A stretch of 33,055 nt of DNA from Guillardia theta CCMP2712 (GCF_000315625.1 NW_005434392.1:1-33055); one strand, 5' to 3'. Positions 19,126-32,626 are shown, numbered from the stretch's first letter. Numbers and translations are program-made. Notes: generated by a model not told the origin, from the sequence alone.

Positions 19126-20059
19126 CTGCCTTCACTTCAGTCGTCTGGTGTACATTGCTTCCGAATCCCCAGAATAGATGATGATTTGAACCGGATCAAA
19201 TCCTGCATAAATCGGTTCAAGTCTGTCACTCATTTCAGTGACCGACCCCGGCCGGGCCCGATATAACGGGCTCGCCTCAGCAGGATGCCATTTTCTGGAA
19301 TTGAAGGTACCCTACCCTATTCTTTTAGTATTCAAGAATCAGAAAATAACCCCTCCAACTGCTTGGGCCTCAACTACACCCTACCCCCTGTGTGGATGTA
19401 CCAAAACAACCGGTAGGTCATGTCTCCAGAATGCAGGGGAACAATGGCTGCCCTGACTTGGGGAGGGGAAGGAGGAGATAGAGAAGGAGAAGAATATGGC
19501 GCGGGGACGACATGGGCAGAGGGAAGTATGAAGTGTAGATACGGAATGGTAGAGCGCTGAATGAGCAGAGAGATGAGAGATACATCATGTCTCGACGCGC
19601 GAGGGAAGGGACGGGCGAGACAAACTATCTTGTCTGCCAAGGAGTGAGGAGGGAATAGAAGCGCAGCAGCATTCACTGCGCCCTTGAGCATGCGTTTGAA
19701 TTATCCTCTTGCTATGACATCACCAAATAGCAACGTAAAGGAGCATGCTCCAAGAATGCCGAACAGTGAAAAACTAGAATTCATCATGCGGTTGAAATAG
19801 AAGGCGAAGGGAGGAGTTGAAAATGTCGATATGCAGTACAATGTGTGGGGTTTTATCACATCATGAAAACCATAGTTGTTTTACAAGAATATCAGACTTT
19901 CAGCATAAGTCACTTTCATGGCAAGGTTCCACGTATATGAAAAAAAGGTGCTCATTTTGAAACTCCGGAGCAGAACGCATGGCTGCAAACGGCATCTACT
20001 CGGTGATCTTGTGCCACTTGCAAAAGCTCAGTCTTACATCCATGTAGGGATGTGGTGGG

Positions 20060-21393
20060 ATGCGGGGCCTCTGTCTCATCTTGCTGGTTCAGTGCTGCGC
20101 TGTAGAGATCATTGCCAATGGTGCGCTGACAAGCTCTTGGAGTCAGGCAGACGGTAGACATGACCTTGTCTTGTCGGCCTTGCCTGACTTGGCATGCGGA
20201 AAAGAGTCGAGGCGTCAAACTGCTATCAAAAAGCGCTCCCCGCTGATCGGGATGAGGCTGAGAGGAGGCTCGCAAGAAGACGAGAAGGATTACTATAAAG
20301 TTCTCGGTGTATCAAGGTAAACGCTGATCGATGAGCTGGAATGTTGCGTGCCGGCTGAAGTTGAGGACGCAGAGATTGCACGGCAGACGAGGTCCGAAAG
20401 GCTTACAGGTGCGATGCGACCAAGCTGACCTGGCGGTCCTGACCGGAACGTTGTGCAGAAAGCTTGCACTGAAGCTGCATCCGGACAAGAATCCAAACAA
20501 CCGAGAGGAGGCTGAGAGAAAGTTCAAGCTTCTCAGTGAAGCTTACGATGTTCTCTCTGACCCCAACAAACGCAAAATGTACGACACGTACGGTGCCAGC
20601 GGCTTGAGGTATGCATGAATTGTCCCTCGATACCTCACCCTGTCTCTCTTGAATTGGAATTTCCGAATGAGCTGAATCCCTTTCTATCAGTGGAGACGCG
20701 GAAGGCTTCGGAGACTTCAACTTCAGGTCTGCGGAGGACATCTTTGCTGAAGTATTTGGTTCAAGGTTTCGTACATCCTCATTTGAAGGCTCCAATCTAA
20801 AGCTTGACAGGAACCCCTTTGAAATCTTTGAACAAGCTTTTGGTGGCAGCATGTTTGGTTCAAGGGGCAGGTTTTATCCCTTCTGGGTAACACGTTCTTT
20901 GTCATGAGATTCTGAGTGCAGAAATTCCGGAAGTGGAGGTTTTTTTGACGATTTCTTTGGTACATTGATCTTGTCTGGTGGGTTCAAGGAAATTGACAGT
21001 GTTTCTTCTCAGGAATGAGTGGTTTGTTTCTCAAGTCCTCCCCGTTCGACCCATGTGAGAAAACTTGCCTTAGGCATGGGGGGGGGCTCGTTCTCCTCCT
21101 TCACCTCTACATCATCGGGAGGGTTCGGAGGCGTCAGCATCTCCACGTCGACCGTGATAAGGAACGGCCAGAAAGTCACCAAGACAGTGAAGAAGTATGC
21201 TGACGGAAGGACGGAAGAAGAAGAGGTCCACGAGGGTCCTTCGGGAAGGTTTGACAGGGAGCGGTGCTGTTACTGGGAGGTTGAAACGTGCACAGCAGCA
21301 GAAGGATCAACCATTCCTCCAACTATCTGAGTGGTGAGCCTGGAGCGGCTGACCCTCCTGGTTCATGAGTTTCGCTGCAGGGGGGCACCATAA
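20060..21393 (+). CDS. DnaJ/Hsp40 co-chaperone (DNAJB6-like, G/F-rich) with signal-like leader ending RLRGG; multi-exon
   Basis: [45 protein letters not shown]-rich exons, then [14 protein letters not shown]. Probable stop at 21391-21393. Confidence 0.88.
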
Positions 21394-21769
21394 GTCTCCT
21401 TCCAAGACCTCTCGTCACCATCGAGATGAAGATTCGAACGAGTGATGCTCCCGTTTCCTCCGTATCTCCACATCGCAAGCTTCCCATCCCATGCCCTCCA
21501 CCCTAATATTCTCTTCTCATCCTTTTGGATTCCCCCGCCCCTCTATCGTACTCCTCCCAGCATTATCTGTCCCCTGCTGTCCTCTGCTTTCCTCGTTAGC
21601 ATTGTTACTGTGACGCATCATACCTTGCAGTGGGATACAAGACGAGGACCTCGAACTGCAGGAAGCTCTTCTTGACAGGTACAGCAAATTCAAAATGCTC
21701 AGCTAGTCCCCCTGCTGGTCTCCACAGCCAGTGGTCGTGTGCTTGACGTCCATTTCCAGTCTGAAATCG

Positions 21770-22500
21770 CGGACGCCGGGAGGTCAGCGAGTGCGGTAGG
21801 CCGTGCCGCGCCGCCCGGCGAGTGGCAGCGGAGAGTCACGGCACAGCTTGAGGTCGTGGCGGTGACCGCCGGGCTGGGCCCGTTTCAACTGAGTTTTGAG
21901 TTTCGGACGGCGTGACAGTAAAGGGCAGCTCGGCCTCGGACATTCAGTGTGCAGCGCCACACGGTCCGGCGAGTCAGTGGCACGGCGGCGGTGATCGGAC
22001 AGTGCGGCACCGTCATGCGTCCGGCGGCGTCACCAGTCACGGGCTGAGTCCGACCGTAGTAAAGTTAGTTTTGATACTGTAATACCTAGTATGGGTGCCA
22101 CCCGGTGAACGTCGTGAGCCAAGAGCCTGCAGTGCCTGACGACCAGGGACCGCCGCCGGGCCGCCTCACGAGTCACGCCATTGAGCCTGCCAGCCCGGCG
22201 TCCGTCCGATCAGTGTGCCGCAGTGCTGGGCTTCCGAATCACTGAGCGGCGCCGGGCCGCGCCTGAGCGTCGGGAACACCGGTGACCCGGGGGGCCAGTG
22301 CTACGGTGCGCCGTCCCGGATCCGAGCCTGGAGTGACTGCCCGGCGGCGGCCGTGAACTTCGGAACTTCGAATATCCTAGCCTAGTAGTACCGAGTCACT
22401 GGCAGCCCGCCCCGGGCCCCGCGGCGGCCCGGTGCGGCCGGGCAGTAGTGCAGCCGCGTGCGGCGCCTGGCACGCCAAGCCTAGTAGCTCAAAGTTAAGT
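21770..22500. other. GC-rich non-coding block with dense GTCAC/TGAGT/CCGG motifs
   Basis: Abrupt compositional shift with no ORF in the track. A similar block lies at ~27480-27960. Confidence 0.5.
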
Positions 22501-23666
22501 TAAAATCAGTACGAGCCGCCAGTCGTTTTGTGAAGGGACGCGATTCGCGAGCGGTTCGGAACCTCGTGGCCTCTGTTACACCATGAGAAGCCCGCCTCGG
22601 AGTGTCTTCCTTGTCCCGAGTCCTCACGGCGCGCCTGTAAGCAATCCCCTCGGTATCATCCTCGAAAAAGGTCGTTTTCGATCACTTCCCAACGGATGGA
22701 TGGCCTCATTGCTCCATGACATGCCGTGATTGGTGCATTTTACTACAGATCGTGGCGCCGTGCTGCTGACAGGCAGCACAAGGCTGCGTTCTGGGACAAG
22801 AGCAAGGCGCACCGTCTCAAAGTTTGAGCTCAAAGTTCAAACTTTGAGATGCCAAACTCCGACGGAACTTAAAGTGGAAACTATTAATGGGGGCGTACCC
22901 TCCTATCTCAACCTTCTCTCGAGTGGAGCACTAGGAAATCAGGGGGATCCTCGTAAGAAGCAGATCAGCAAACAGCAACTCGCCTCAGAGCATGGGTGTC
23001 AGCAGGTGACAGACGTGAGCAATTCGCACGGTTTGATTACGGTCGTGCAGAGATATTTATCCTAGGGACCGGTGCTGGGGAAGCATGGGGATAGAGGAGG
23101 GTAGGGTGTACCAGCGCCTGCTCGGAGTGGTTTACTCCAAGGAGGTCCGGTCGCTGCATGCTTTACTTGATGACATGTGCTGACAAATCCTGAGATAATC
23201 TTATCTGTGGTGTGTTGATAATGTGTGGTTTCGCATGTTTTATGCACTGAGATGACCATGTATAATCCACTAATACATTTGTAGTAAACATGAACATGCT
23301 CATGGTGGGTGGTCTTGAAATGGAAGACAAATATGAGGGTGGGTAATGAATTGAAGGTTTTAGGGTGGGTTGATCTCAAACAGAAGCATACTTCCTATGA
23401 AAAGGGGGGTACTATTAGGTAAAAAGAGGGGTACATAGTTCAATGATGGGGTAAACCAACGTCTGTAGGATTTAAAGTAGGTATAATCGGGGTGGGGTAT
23501 AAAAAGGAGGGGTGGGGTACGACCGGGGAGGATGGAGAGGGACAAAGGGGGGATCCATAAAAGTGACGAGTAGAAATAGAGGAAATACAGTAGGAAGAGG
23601 ACACACCGAGCACGCGGAACGGAAGAGAGGAGGAGAAGACGAACGAGAACAAGACGAGCTATCGCA

Positions 23667-24302
23667 ATGTGTATGCCAGTGAACAAGGACATGTGCAGAA
23701 AGAGGGCGGCAGAGCATAGCCTTGAGGAGAGCTGCCCCAAGAAGGAACGGAGAGTTCGCTTCAACCAGGTCATGGCGGTCAGGAGGTACGCCGAAGAGCA
23801 TGAGGAGGTTCAGGAGCATGCTCCAGCCAAGAACGACGATACCTATGAAATCGCCAAGAACGAGGATGGCCCAGCACTGCTCTCCTTCGTCACCAGCTCT
23901 CTCATCACCGCCATGGCTTCCAAGAAGGTTGTGGACGGGGATGGCGTGCTAGCAGAAGTCAGGAGGTGCCTGCGGTCGCACAATGGAAGAGCAGAGAACG
24001 AGGAGGCAGCAAACAAGTTGATGGACGGAAGTTTGACGGAATGGATGGTGCTGAATGGAGTATACCTCAAGGTGCAGGGGATGATGGAGCAAGTGAAGGA
24101 GCGAGGATATGCTGGACTCCTGCCGTCCACGATCAAGGTCACCCCAGCCTTCCTCCCTGCTCTGCAGTACATGCAGAAGCTGGTGCATGCTGCCGGGGTT
24201 CAGCTCATCACCCGGAGATCTCAGGGAGCCTCCAACTTCCATGTAAACAAGGTCGAAGCCCCGACTTGTAGTCTAGTGCACAGCCAACCATGCCAAGCAT
24301 GA
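23667..24302 (+). CDS. Hypothetical protein, 211 aa, apparently intronless
   Basis: Uninterrupted ORF with coding-like GC3 bias and a basic NLS-like segment (RKRAA...PKKERRVRF). No family recognised. Confidence 0.65.
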   Translation: MCMPVNKDMCRKRAAEHSLEESCPKKERRVRFNQVMAVRRYAEEHEEVQEHAPAKNDDTYEIAKNEDGPALLSFVTSSLITAMASKKVVDGDGVLAEVRRCLRSHNGRAENEEAANKLMDGSLTEWMVLNGVYLKVQGMMEQVKERGYAGLLPSTIKVTPAFLPALQYMQKLVHAAGVQLITRRSQGASNFHVNKVEAPTCSLVHSQPCQA

Positions 24303-24659
24303 GCTCATATTGTTTCAATGTGTTGAATAAACTTGTACATGTACTTCACCTCTGCTTCCCGCTCGCCTCTCTATCCCCCCTCCTTCTCCTCCCCTCTCGT
24401 CATCCTTCTGTCCTTGTTTTTCCTCCGCACCCGTTCTCATGGCATCTTAGAACAGCGCCCAGTCAGGATGATCCTTCATCATCTGCTCAGTCGAGTGAAT
24501 ATCAGCAGCCAGGAACAGATCCTCCTCCTCCACATCCCTCCCCCTCCTGTCCCTCCTCCTCCTCCTCCTCCTCCTCCTCCTCCTTCCCCCCTGTCCCAGC
24601 TCTTCTCCTCCCCTGAGTTAACACGCCCGCTCTCCCTTCCCCTCTCCCTCTACTCACAG

Positions 24660-27404
24660 CGTTGAAGTCGCGGGTTCGCGAGCCCTCAATGTTCGCGTAA
24701 TGCCAGCACATCTGGTTCAGCTATCAGCTCCTCCTCCATAACCCCATTCCAACCCCTTCTCTTGTCCTCCTTTCGTACCCCCCCCCCCCCCTTCCCGCTA
24801 CCCAACCACCAATCCCCATCACCCACTACTCCTTCCCCTGCTTCTCTGCTTGCACTTCCCCCCGCCCGCCCTCCCCCAGCACACACACACGTCCCTCCCC
24901 CTTCCCTCTCCCTATCTCGATCGTCTTCTTCCCGCTCTCCCTTCTGCTTCCCACGTCCTCACCTCCGGCTGGCCGTCAACGTAGGGCAGCCTGCAAGGCG
25001 AAGGCTGTCAGAGCAGGAGGAGGAAGAAGAGGGGACGCGACCCTGTCGTGGACTGCGGGTAGACGACGACTCCTCCCGTCGCTCCCACCAGCTTATAGTC
25101 GCACTTGGTGAGGTCAAAGTTGTTCTCCTGGCTCAGGATCAGCTACTTGCTCCCTCCTTCCCCCTCTCCGGCCAGCTACGTTCATGCAGATCGGGTCCGG
25201 CATGCGGAGGTTCGTGTCTTTGACCACCTGGTGCTGCTGGTGAGCAGGCGAGCAGGGAATGAAAGGTGTGGACGGGGACATGGAGGGGCAGGGAACGAGA
25301 AGGAGGAGATGAAAGGAGGGGAGGAGAGGGAGCAGAGCAGAGCAGAGCAGAGCAGAGCAGAGGAGGGTAGAGAGACAGGAGAGCAAGAGGTCAAGACAGA
25401 CTTTGTTGCAGGAGTCCATCAGCTTCTTGTTGGAGGAGTATCCGCTGCATGTCGTAATGTCTGCGACATGTTCATCCGACGAAGAGCAGGGGGAGAAGAA
25501 TTCGAGGAAAGAGGACAAGATTGACCTTTGACGAACAGCCAAGTCTCGTTCATATGCCTCCATGCACTGCATGCCAAGTACATGAGGATGACTGTCTCGC
25601 TTTGTTCCCTTCCCTGCCTCTCCTTGTCCCTCTCCTCATACGTTCCCACCTCCCTTCCTCCCGACCATCTTCTTCTCCTCTCCTGCCTTTCTCTCCCGCC
25701 TCTCCCTTCCTCTCACCCGTTGTAGTAGACGTATCCTCCTCGACTCGCGGTCTCGGCATAGTCATAGAATCTGCACAGCAGGCCCCACAGCCTCGGCCTG
25801 GAAGGGAAGGCACCAGATGAGGAGGGAAAAAGGAGAGGGCAAATCTCACGAGTTTTTCGGGATCTGTCAACACAGACAAGTCAGCCCGACTAGCTACATG
25901 ACCCTCGTCTCCTCTACACCTGGAAGTCTGAGAAGAGAGTAGAGCGCTGCGGGTCGTTCTTGGAGTTGCAGGGCTGCGGGCAGGGACAACGGGCCCGGTC
26001 ACTTCAACTGCCAACGTCGCATGCAACATGGTACCGCATCGAACTGGCAGTTAGGCAAGATATCGTACACGTGCCTTCCATTCTATTGCCTCACATCAGT
26101 CAACGTCTGCTCCATCCCCCCCAACCCGTCGAATACCTGCAAGCAAGGCAGCCCACCCTGACACAGAGGAGTCTCAGCGAAGGGGTTCGGAGTCACCTGA
26201 CGGGAGGAGGCAACAGAGTCAGAAGAGGCAGGAGAGGCAGAGAAAGATATTGTTGTTATCACATCAACGACTGGGAGATCGTGAGCTGTAAACGCACACC
26301 TGCACGTCATCCAGCATTGTCAGTCATCCACAGGGCATGCGAGCTGCATGACAGTACAAGGATTGCGTCGAGTCCGGCGTCGCCTGCATGCCGAGCACGC
26401 GTCAGGACGTGTCGACATCATCGGTGCGACATGGTTAGCATACCATCGTCAGCGTTCCGATGTCATAGGACGTCAGGCAATTGACGCCCTTGTAGCACCT
26501 GCGGGATACGATGAGACAGAGGGGAGGAGGGCAGGAGGTCAGAGGAAGGGAGGCAAACGGGAGGAGGTCAGGGGAGGAGAGATAGAGCAGAGGGAGGAAG
26601 GAGGAGGGAGAGGGATCAATAGCCATGTGAAGGATTCACCATCGTATTTCTGGTTTTCCTTGCTTCTGCCATACGTCCACTAGATATCTGCGAACTTCTT
26701 CATCTCCAAGATCCATAATCGCAATGCTCTACCTGTATTGATAGGGAAAAGGTCCTTGACAAGCATTGATGGTATCAACACTGGCTCTAGAAACATGTTA
26801 TCGTCCTCCTCTTTCTGCTTTCCTCACTCACCGGATCTCGTTGAAAGTCAGGATGATTTCCCACGTTCCTCCCACGAAAGGGAGCTCCTCTGCTGAAGCT
26901 ATGATGTCCTGCATGCTGTCTTTCATTTTGTTGCATAGACATGACCTCTCTGTCTTCACATCATCATGGTAATCATCATGGTAATCATCATGGTAATCAT
27001 CATGGTAATCATCATGGTAATCATCATGGTAATCATCATGGTAATCATCAACATCATCATCAACATCATCATCATCATCATCATCAACATCATCTCAATC
27101 ATCGCCATCGTTTCCATCACAGTCGTTGTCTCCATCTTTCTCATTTTGTCTGTATGCCATAGACCTGTGTGGTGGTAGCAGTTGAGCTGGAGCTTCCAGA
27201 GGCAGCGCTTGTGGTGGGGGCACTTGTTTGAGCAGTGACAGGCACCCAAAGAAAGAGAGAGGAGAAGAGGAGGGCGGAGAGAAGGATGGAAGACAAGGAA
27301 GAGGAGATGGAGGGGAGGAGGAGGCGACTGATCAGGATGGTAGCGGAAGAATCTTCAGCATGGCGCTGCGGCAGTCCTTTCAGTGGCTCCCCCGACCCTT
27401 GCAT
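24660..27404 (-). CDS. Hypothetical multi-exon gene(s); boundaries approximate
   Basis: Coding-like segments (e.g. DSMQDIIASAEELPFVGGTWEIILTFNEIR, MQCMEAYERDLAVRQRSILSSFLEFF) alternate with simple-repeat introns carrying minus-strand splice signals. A hydrophobic segment lies near the 5' end. Confidence 0.4.
26958..27095. repeat. 12-bp minisatellite (CATCATGGTAAT)n grading into (CAT)n
   Basis: Directly visible. Confidence 0.9.
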
Positions 27405-28042
27405 TGTGATCGGCACTGCAAAATGTCAAATATGTAACCGATTGTAACAGTCCTTTCAGGGAATGGCTCGGAACTTTCAGCCAGTCACAGCGGCCTCACT
27501 GAGTCATCAGCGGCACGGCCCGGGAGGCCCCGGGGGCCGCCTGGAGTGACTCAGGCTACCGCACCGTAGCTACGCCGCCGCTGAGCGGCAGTGCAGCCGC
27601 GTGACACGACTTGAAACAAGGTTTGACAAGAGAGTTTTGTTAACCGTGACTTGGCCGGGCCGCGCCGGCCCGGACTCCGGACTCCGACAGAGGAGCGGCT
27701 TATCGGCCGGGTGACCGCCGACGGTGAGTGACGCGCCGGGCCCCAGCCTGATGGCCGGGCACCGTGTGACTTGCGGCGTCGCTGCCGGCGGCCCGGGGGG
27801 GCCGTGCCACCGTGACAGTGAGCTCACAGAGCCTCCCGGCGTCGGCACCTGGTCGGCACCGCCGGAACTGCCGGGCCGGGCGGCCCGGGCAGTCCGACCG
27901 GCCGTTTCGGACTAGCTCAGGTCAAACCGTTGAAGTGAACAGTCGGACGTCACAGCCTTGAGCTGAGAACTCTGAATGTTTACATGTGACGAGCGAAGTA
28001 GATCGGAGGCTACAAGGCTGCTGAATACTATGATAAGGATCT

Positions 28043-29027
28043 TCATAGCCTTGACTCTGCGGGGCAGGTGGGGGTCAGCTGGACTGAGTCGACAGGAAGA
28101 AGGCGCTTCTCACTCTGCTTCTGCGCATTGAGACTGTCCATGGCCTCTTTGGCTGCTCGTTGACCCGTTTCCCTGTAAGCGATGAGACTAGAAGAGGGGG
28201 AGAGGAAGGGGAGGATGGGAAGGGAGGGAGAGGAGAGGGAGCAGGGAGAGCAGGAGGAGCAGGAGGAAGAGGACTATGTTACATGGCAGCCTGCAGGCAA
28301 GGATTTACTCCCGTCTGCGTCGCTTCTCCCGAGAAGAAGATGCGAGAGTCTGCGAGGAAGAACTCAGTGACAACGAGAAGGAGGGGGGAGACCACAGGGA
28401 GTAAGGAAGAGGAAGGAGGGAGGAGGGAGGAGGGAGGAGGGAGGAGGGAGGATGGAGGAGAGGAGGAGGGAGGAGCGAGGAGGGAGGGAGGAGGGAAGAT
28501 GGAAACGAGGCTAGTAGGAAGGGAGATGTAGTGACATCACCAATAGGAGAAGCGAGTGCCTCTCGTTTGCCGAGAGCGTCGGGGGAAGGAAAGGTGTAAG
28601 CCCCGCGAGCAAGCCGCTCCTGAGCCCAGTCCTGCTCGCTGCGTCAGAGAGGAAGGAGGGAGGGAGAAGATGAAGGGAGAGTGAGGGAGGAGCTGTTGTG
28701 GGCGGAAGAGAAAAGGACAGGACAGGACAGGACAGGACAGGACAGAGCAGAATAGGATAGGACAGGAGATTCTTTCACCTTGACAAGGAATCCCGTGCAC
28801 GCCCTCGTCGCCGGGTTGGGATCAGAAGAGGAGCCGAAGATGGCATCGAGCTGACAGGAAGAGTCATCCCCAGCTCACGTCCACCTCCCTCCCCAGCTGA
28901 CCTGGAGCATCATCTTCCTTGCGATCTCCGCGTGCGGCAACTTAGCCAACCTGCTCGCGCGATCTCCCGAGACGAAACCAACCTGAGGGGAGGAGAAGGT
29001 GCAAGAGAAGCATGAAGAGGAAGAGAG

Positions 29028-29059
<32 letters not shown>

Positions 29060-29219
29060 GGGTCACAATCTTGAGGAGGCTCCATGAAGCATCACTATGT
29101 AATATTCCGGCATCTTGGCTCGCTTGAGAGCTTGAGCTGGCGGAGTCAACCAGAACTGAGATGAGAGTCATGTGAATGCGCAGAGAACAAAACGATCGTG
29201 AGGGGAAACGAGAAATGAG

Positions 29220-29291
<72 letters not shown>

Positions 29292-29293
29292 CC

Positions 29294-29364
<71 letters not shown>

Positions 29365-30537
29365 AAGTGCGGAGCAGAGACCAAGGAGCAGGGAGCACCG
29401 GGAGCTGGTGGGAAGGAGGTGCAAGTCATTTACCTCGGGGATGAGGGAATCAGAGCAGACAACGTCCCATAGATCATCCGGCCAGAACTGAGTCTTGACG
29501 CGGAGAATCACCTAAAAGATACTTTACATCCTCTTCTCCTGCTCTCCTGCTCTCCTGCTCTCCTCTGCTCTCCTCCTCCTCTACTACCTCCTTCTCCTTT
29601 CTTCTTAACATTCGCAGAAGACCCTTCCTCTTGTCTGCTCTCTACTCTCCTCTCGTTCCCTCCCTTCCCGACCCCCCTCGTCGTCCTTCTCCTTCTGCTC
29701 GCCCCTCGCTCCCGCTCTCTTCTCTCTCACCTTCATGGCGTTGCCCATCTTCACCAGCTTCGTCGCTTCTGCTTTGAGCGCGGGAAGTGGAGGAGTGAAC
29801 TTGATCTTGAGAAGCAAAGTTAGAATGAAGACGAGGAGGGAACTCAGCAGCAGCAAGAGCAAGAGCAAGAGCAAGAGCAAGAGCAAGAGCAAGAGCAAGA
29901 GCAAGAGCAAGAGCAAGAGCAAGAGCAAGAGCAAGAGCAAGAGCAAGAGCAAGAGCAAGAGCAAGAGCAAGAGCAAGAGCAAGAGCAAGAGCAACCGAAT
30001 TGGACGAGAAGTAGGAGGAGCAGGACAGGGAGGAGGTCGACGAGGACGAGGACGAGAACGAGGACGAGGACGAGAACAAGGAGAAACTGGAAGAGCGGCA
30101 GCGGCAGCAGCAGCGGCAGCAGAGCGTACGTCAGCACTGCTGAGGATTGAGATAGGGACAGCGATGATAACTCGATCTGCTATGACTGTATCTCCTTTCC
30201 TGCTGGTGATCTTGACCTGTTTATCTCCCGTCAGGTGCCCTATCAGTCCTCTTCCTCCTTCTCTCCCTTTCTCCCCCGCCCCCCCCCCCTTCCACTCCCT
30301 TTCTCCTTCCTTCCTCTCTCTCTCTCTCTCCTCCCATTCCTTCTCCTCTTTCCTCCTCCTCCTGCTCCTCCATCTAGGTATACCTTGCTTTGCTCGTAGT
30401 TGATCTCAGCGACCTGTACGTCCGCAACGTCAGACGCGGAAGAAAATGCGAGGAAAACTGAGGAAAACCTCCCAGTTGAGACGAATGTCAAGCCCCTTTG
30501 CCATGTCTGCGCCAAAGTAATCAAAAATCATCATCAT

Positions 30538-30574
<37 letters not shown>

Positions 30575-31026
30575 CCACCACCACCACCACCATCCCATAG
30601 ATCGTGTTTTTGACGGTTAAAAACCTGTTAAAACGTCCGCGAACGACAAGCCATCCATCACTAGATAGTCTTCGCCGTAATTCCAACTGGCATCTCGTCA
30701 ATTCTCCTCCTCCTCCTCCTCCTCCTCCTCCTCCTCACTCACTCACTCACTCACTCACTCACTCACTCACTCACTCACTCACTCACTCACTCACTCACTC
30801 GCCTCCTCCTCCCTCACTTTCTCCACTACCATAACCACCACCTCCTCCCTGCCCAACTTTCACCTGCAGGAGAGTTTCTTCGGGGATGAGATCAGCGTCG
30901 AGATCTCCGGTCATCTCGAACGTGTCCTGAGACAATCTCTCAGCCATCAGTCTTGAAGGCAAAATGTCGTCTCATACGATCATCTTCATCAGCTCCTTGT
31001 CCTGACAACACATCTATGTCATCCAA

Positions 31027-31074
<48 letters not shown>

Positions 31075-32295
31075 CACCTGCTCGGCCTCCTTCTCCCCCA
31101 CCAGCTTCCCCTGGCATCCTACTTGTCAACAGCAGCAACATGAGGCCTATCTTGCTGTTTCAACCTCCTTGCCGAAATAAAAGTAATTGGGCCAAGCTGC
31201 TTGCTGTAGGAACAGTGTCATTATCACTGAAAATTATACAGCATCTTCTAAATCAACTCCTGCTTGTCATCTACCACCACCACCAGCAGCACAGCAGCAC
31301 CACCAGCATCTTCAAGTCGTCGTCATCATCATCATCAACAGCAGCAGCAGCAGCAGCAGCAGGACCATCACCACCACCACCACCACCAACGTTTTTGTCA
31401 TCATCTCCACTATCATCATGCAGTACCAGGAGCGGGACACTTGGGTAGTGCTTCTTGATATAGTCAAGCAACAAGTTGTTCTGATCGCCATGAATGAACT
31501 CAGGGCCAAGTTCCACTGCAGGGGAAGTCAACAGACCCTCCTCCTTCCTCCCTCCTCCTCCTCCACCACCACCCTCCTCCCACCTCTTCTCTAATCCTCC
31601 TCCGTCCTCCCTTCCTCCCTTCCTCCCTCCTCCCTCCTCCCTCCCTCCCTCCTCATCCCTCCTCCTCCCTCCCACCCCCTTCTCTACTCCTCCCTCCTCC
31701 TTACATGGAACGCTGGCAAACTCCTTGACTCCCGTGTCAGGGCAAGTGAAGGTGCTCATGACGCTATCAGGAGGTATCAGTCGCGCAGGCACGTTCAGAA
31801 GCTCATCACCGTCCTCCCAGCCTTGAGTTCGCTTCCAGCAGAACAACATCGCTGTACTGCACAGTGAGGGGGAGATAGAGGAAAGCCGTGCACACAAGCA
31901 AAGTGTGCGAGGAAAGCTGGAGGAGGGAAACAGCAAAAGGATGCGGGGAGGAGGAGAGTAGGAAACGAGATGGGAGAAAGGGATGGACCAGATGCAGGTG
32001 CAGCAGAGAAGGACCAAAATCGGTGTTGTTAGAACAGGAGAGGAAGGAGCAGGAGCAGGATCAGGATCAGGATCAGGATCAGGATCAGGATCAGGATCAG
32101 GATCAATGGTATCACTTGTAGCCAGAAGTCTTGAGGTGGTTAGCTGCAGTAATGCCGGAGGTTCCAGCCCCAATGATGGCTATCTTGGCGTCCTTAAGGG
32201 AGAGGAAGGTGAGAGGTCGATTAATCTCGTCTCCTCTCCTCCTCTCCTCCTCTCCTCCTCTCCTCCTTGCATCCAGATTCTACCATAATTGGCAT
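28043..32295 (-). CDS. Flavin-containing amine oxidoreductase (monoamine/polyamine oxidase family), multi-exon, C-terminal PTS1
   Basis: Exons read DAKIAIIGAGTSGITAA (GxGxxG), VLLEANSRLGGR, ELGPEFIHG, LDIRLNWE, ADRVIIAVP, IKFTPPLP, QFWPDD, VGFVSGDRA, DWAQE..RGAY and ETGQRAAKE...SRL*. Confidence 0.88.
29853..29994 (+). repeat. Intronic hexamer microsatellite (GCAAGA)n
   Basis: Long perfect tract inside an intron of the amine oxidase gene. Confidence 0.95.
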
Positions 32296-32626
32296 TGCGT
32301 ACACAAATATCCTCCTCGAATACTGAAAACTACACCTACAAGCACCGCTCCGCTCCTGTTCCAGCCCCCTTCCATCGCAATGATTTCCTGGGGTCTTGGA
32401 TGGTACTTTATACCGCTCTATCGCATTGTCCTTCAGTATGATTATGTTTAGACTATTATCTCTCTTTCCGTTGTCTGCAATACTTTCATTGCATTCGGCC
32501 CCTCTGTTCCTGCCCATTCAATTCGATTCCCTTGTACATTTGGCCTTCCCCTCTTTCTATCCAAATCATTCTTGGCATACCACGCTCAGACCCCCTACCC
32601 CATCTCCTCTTTCTTCTCACATTCTC

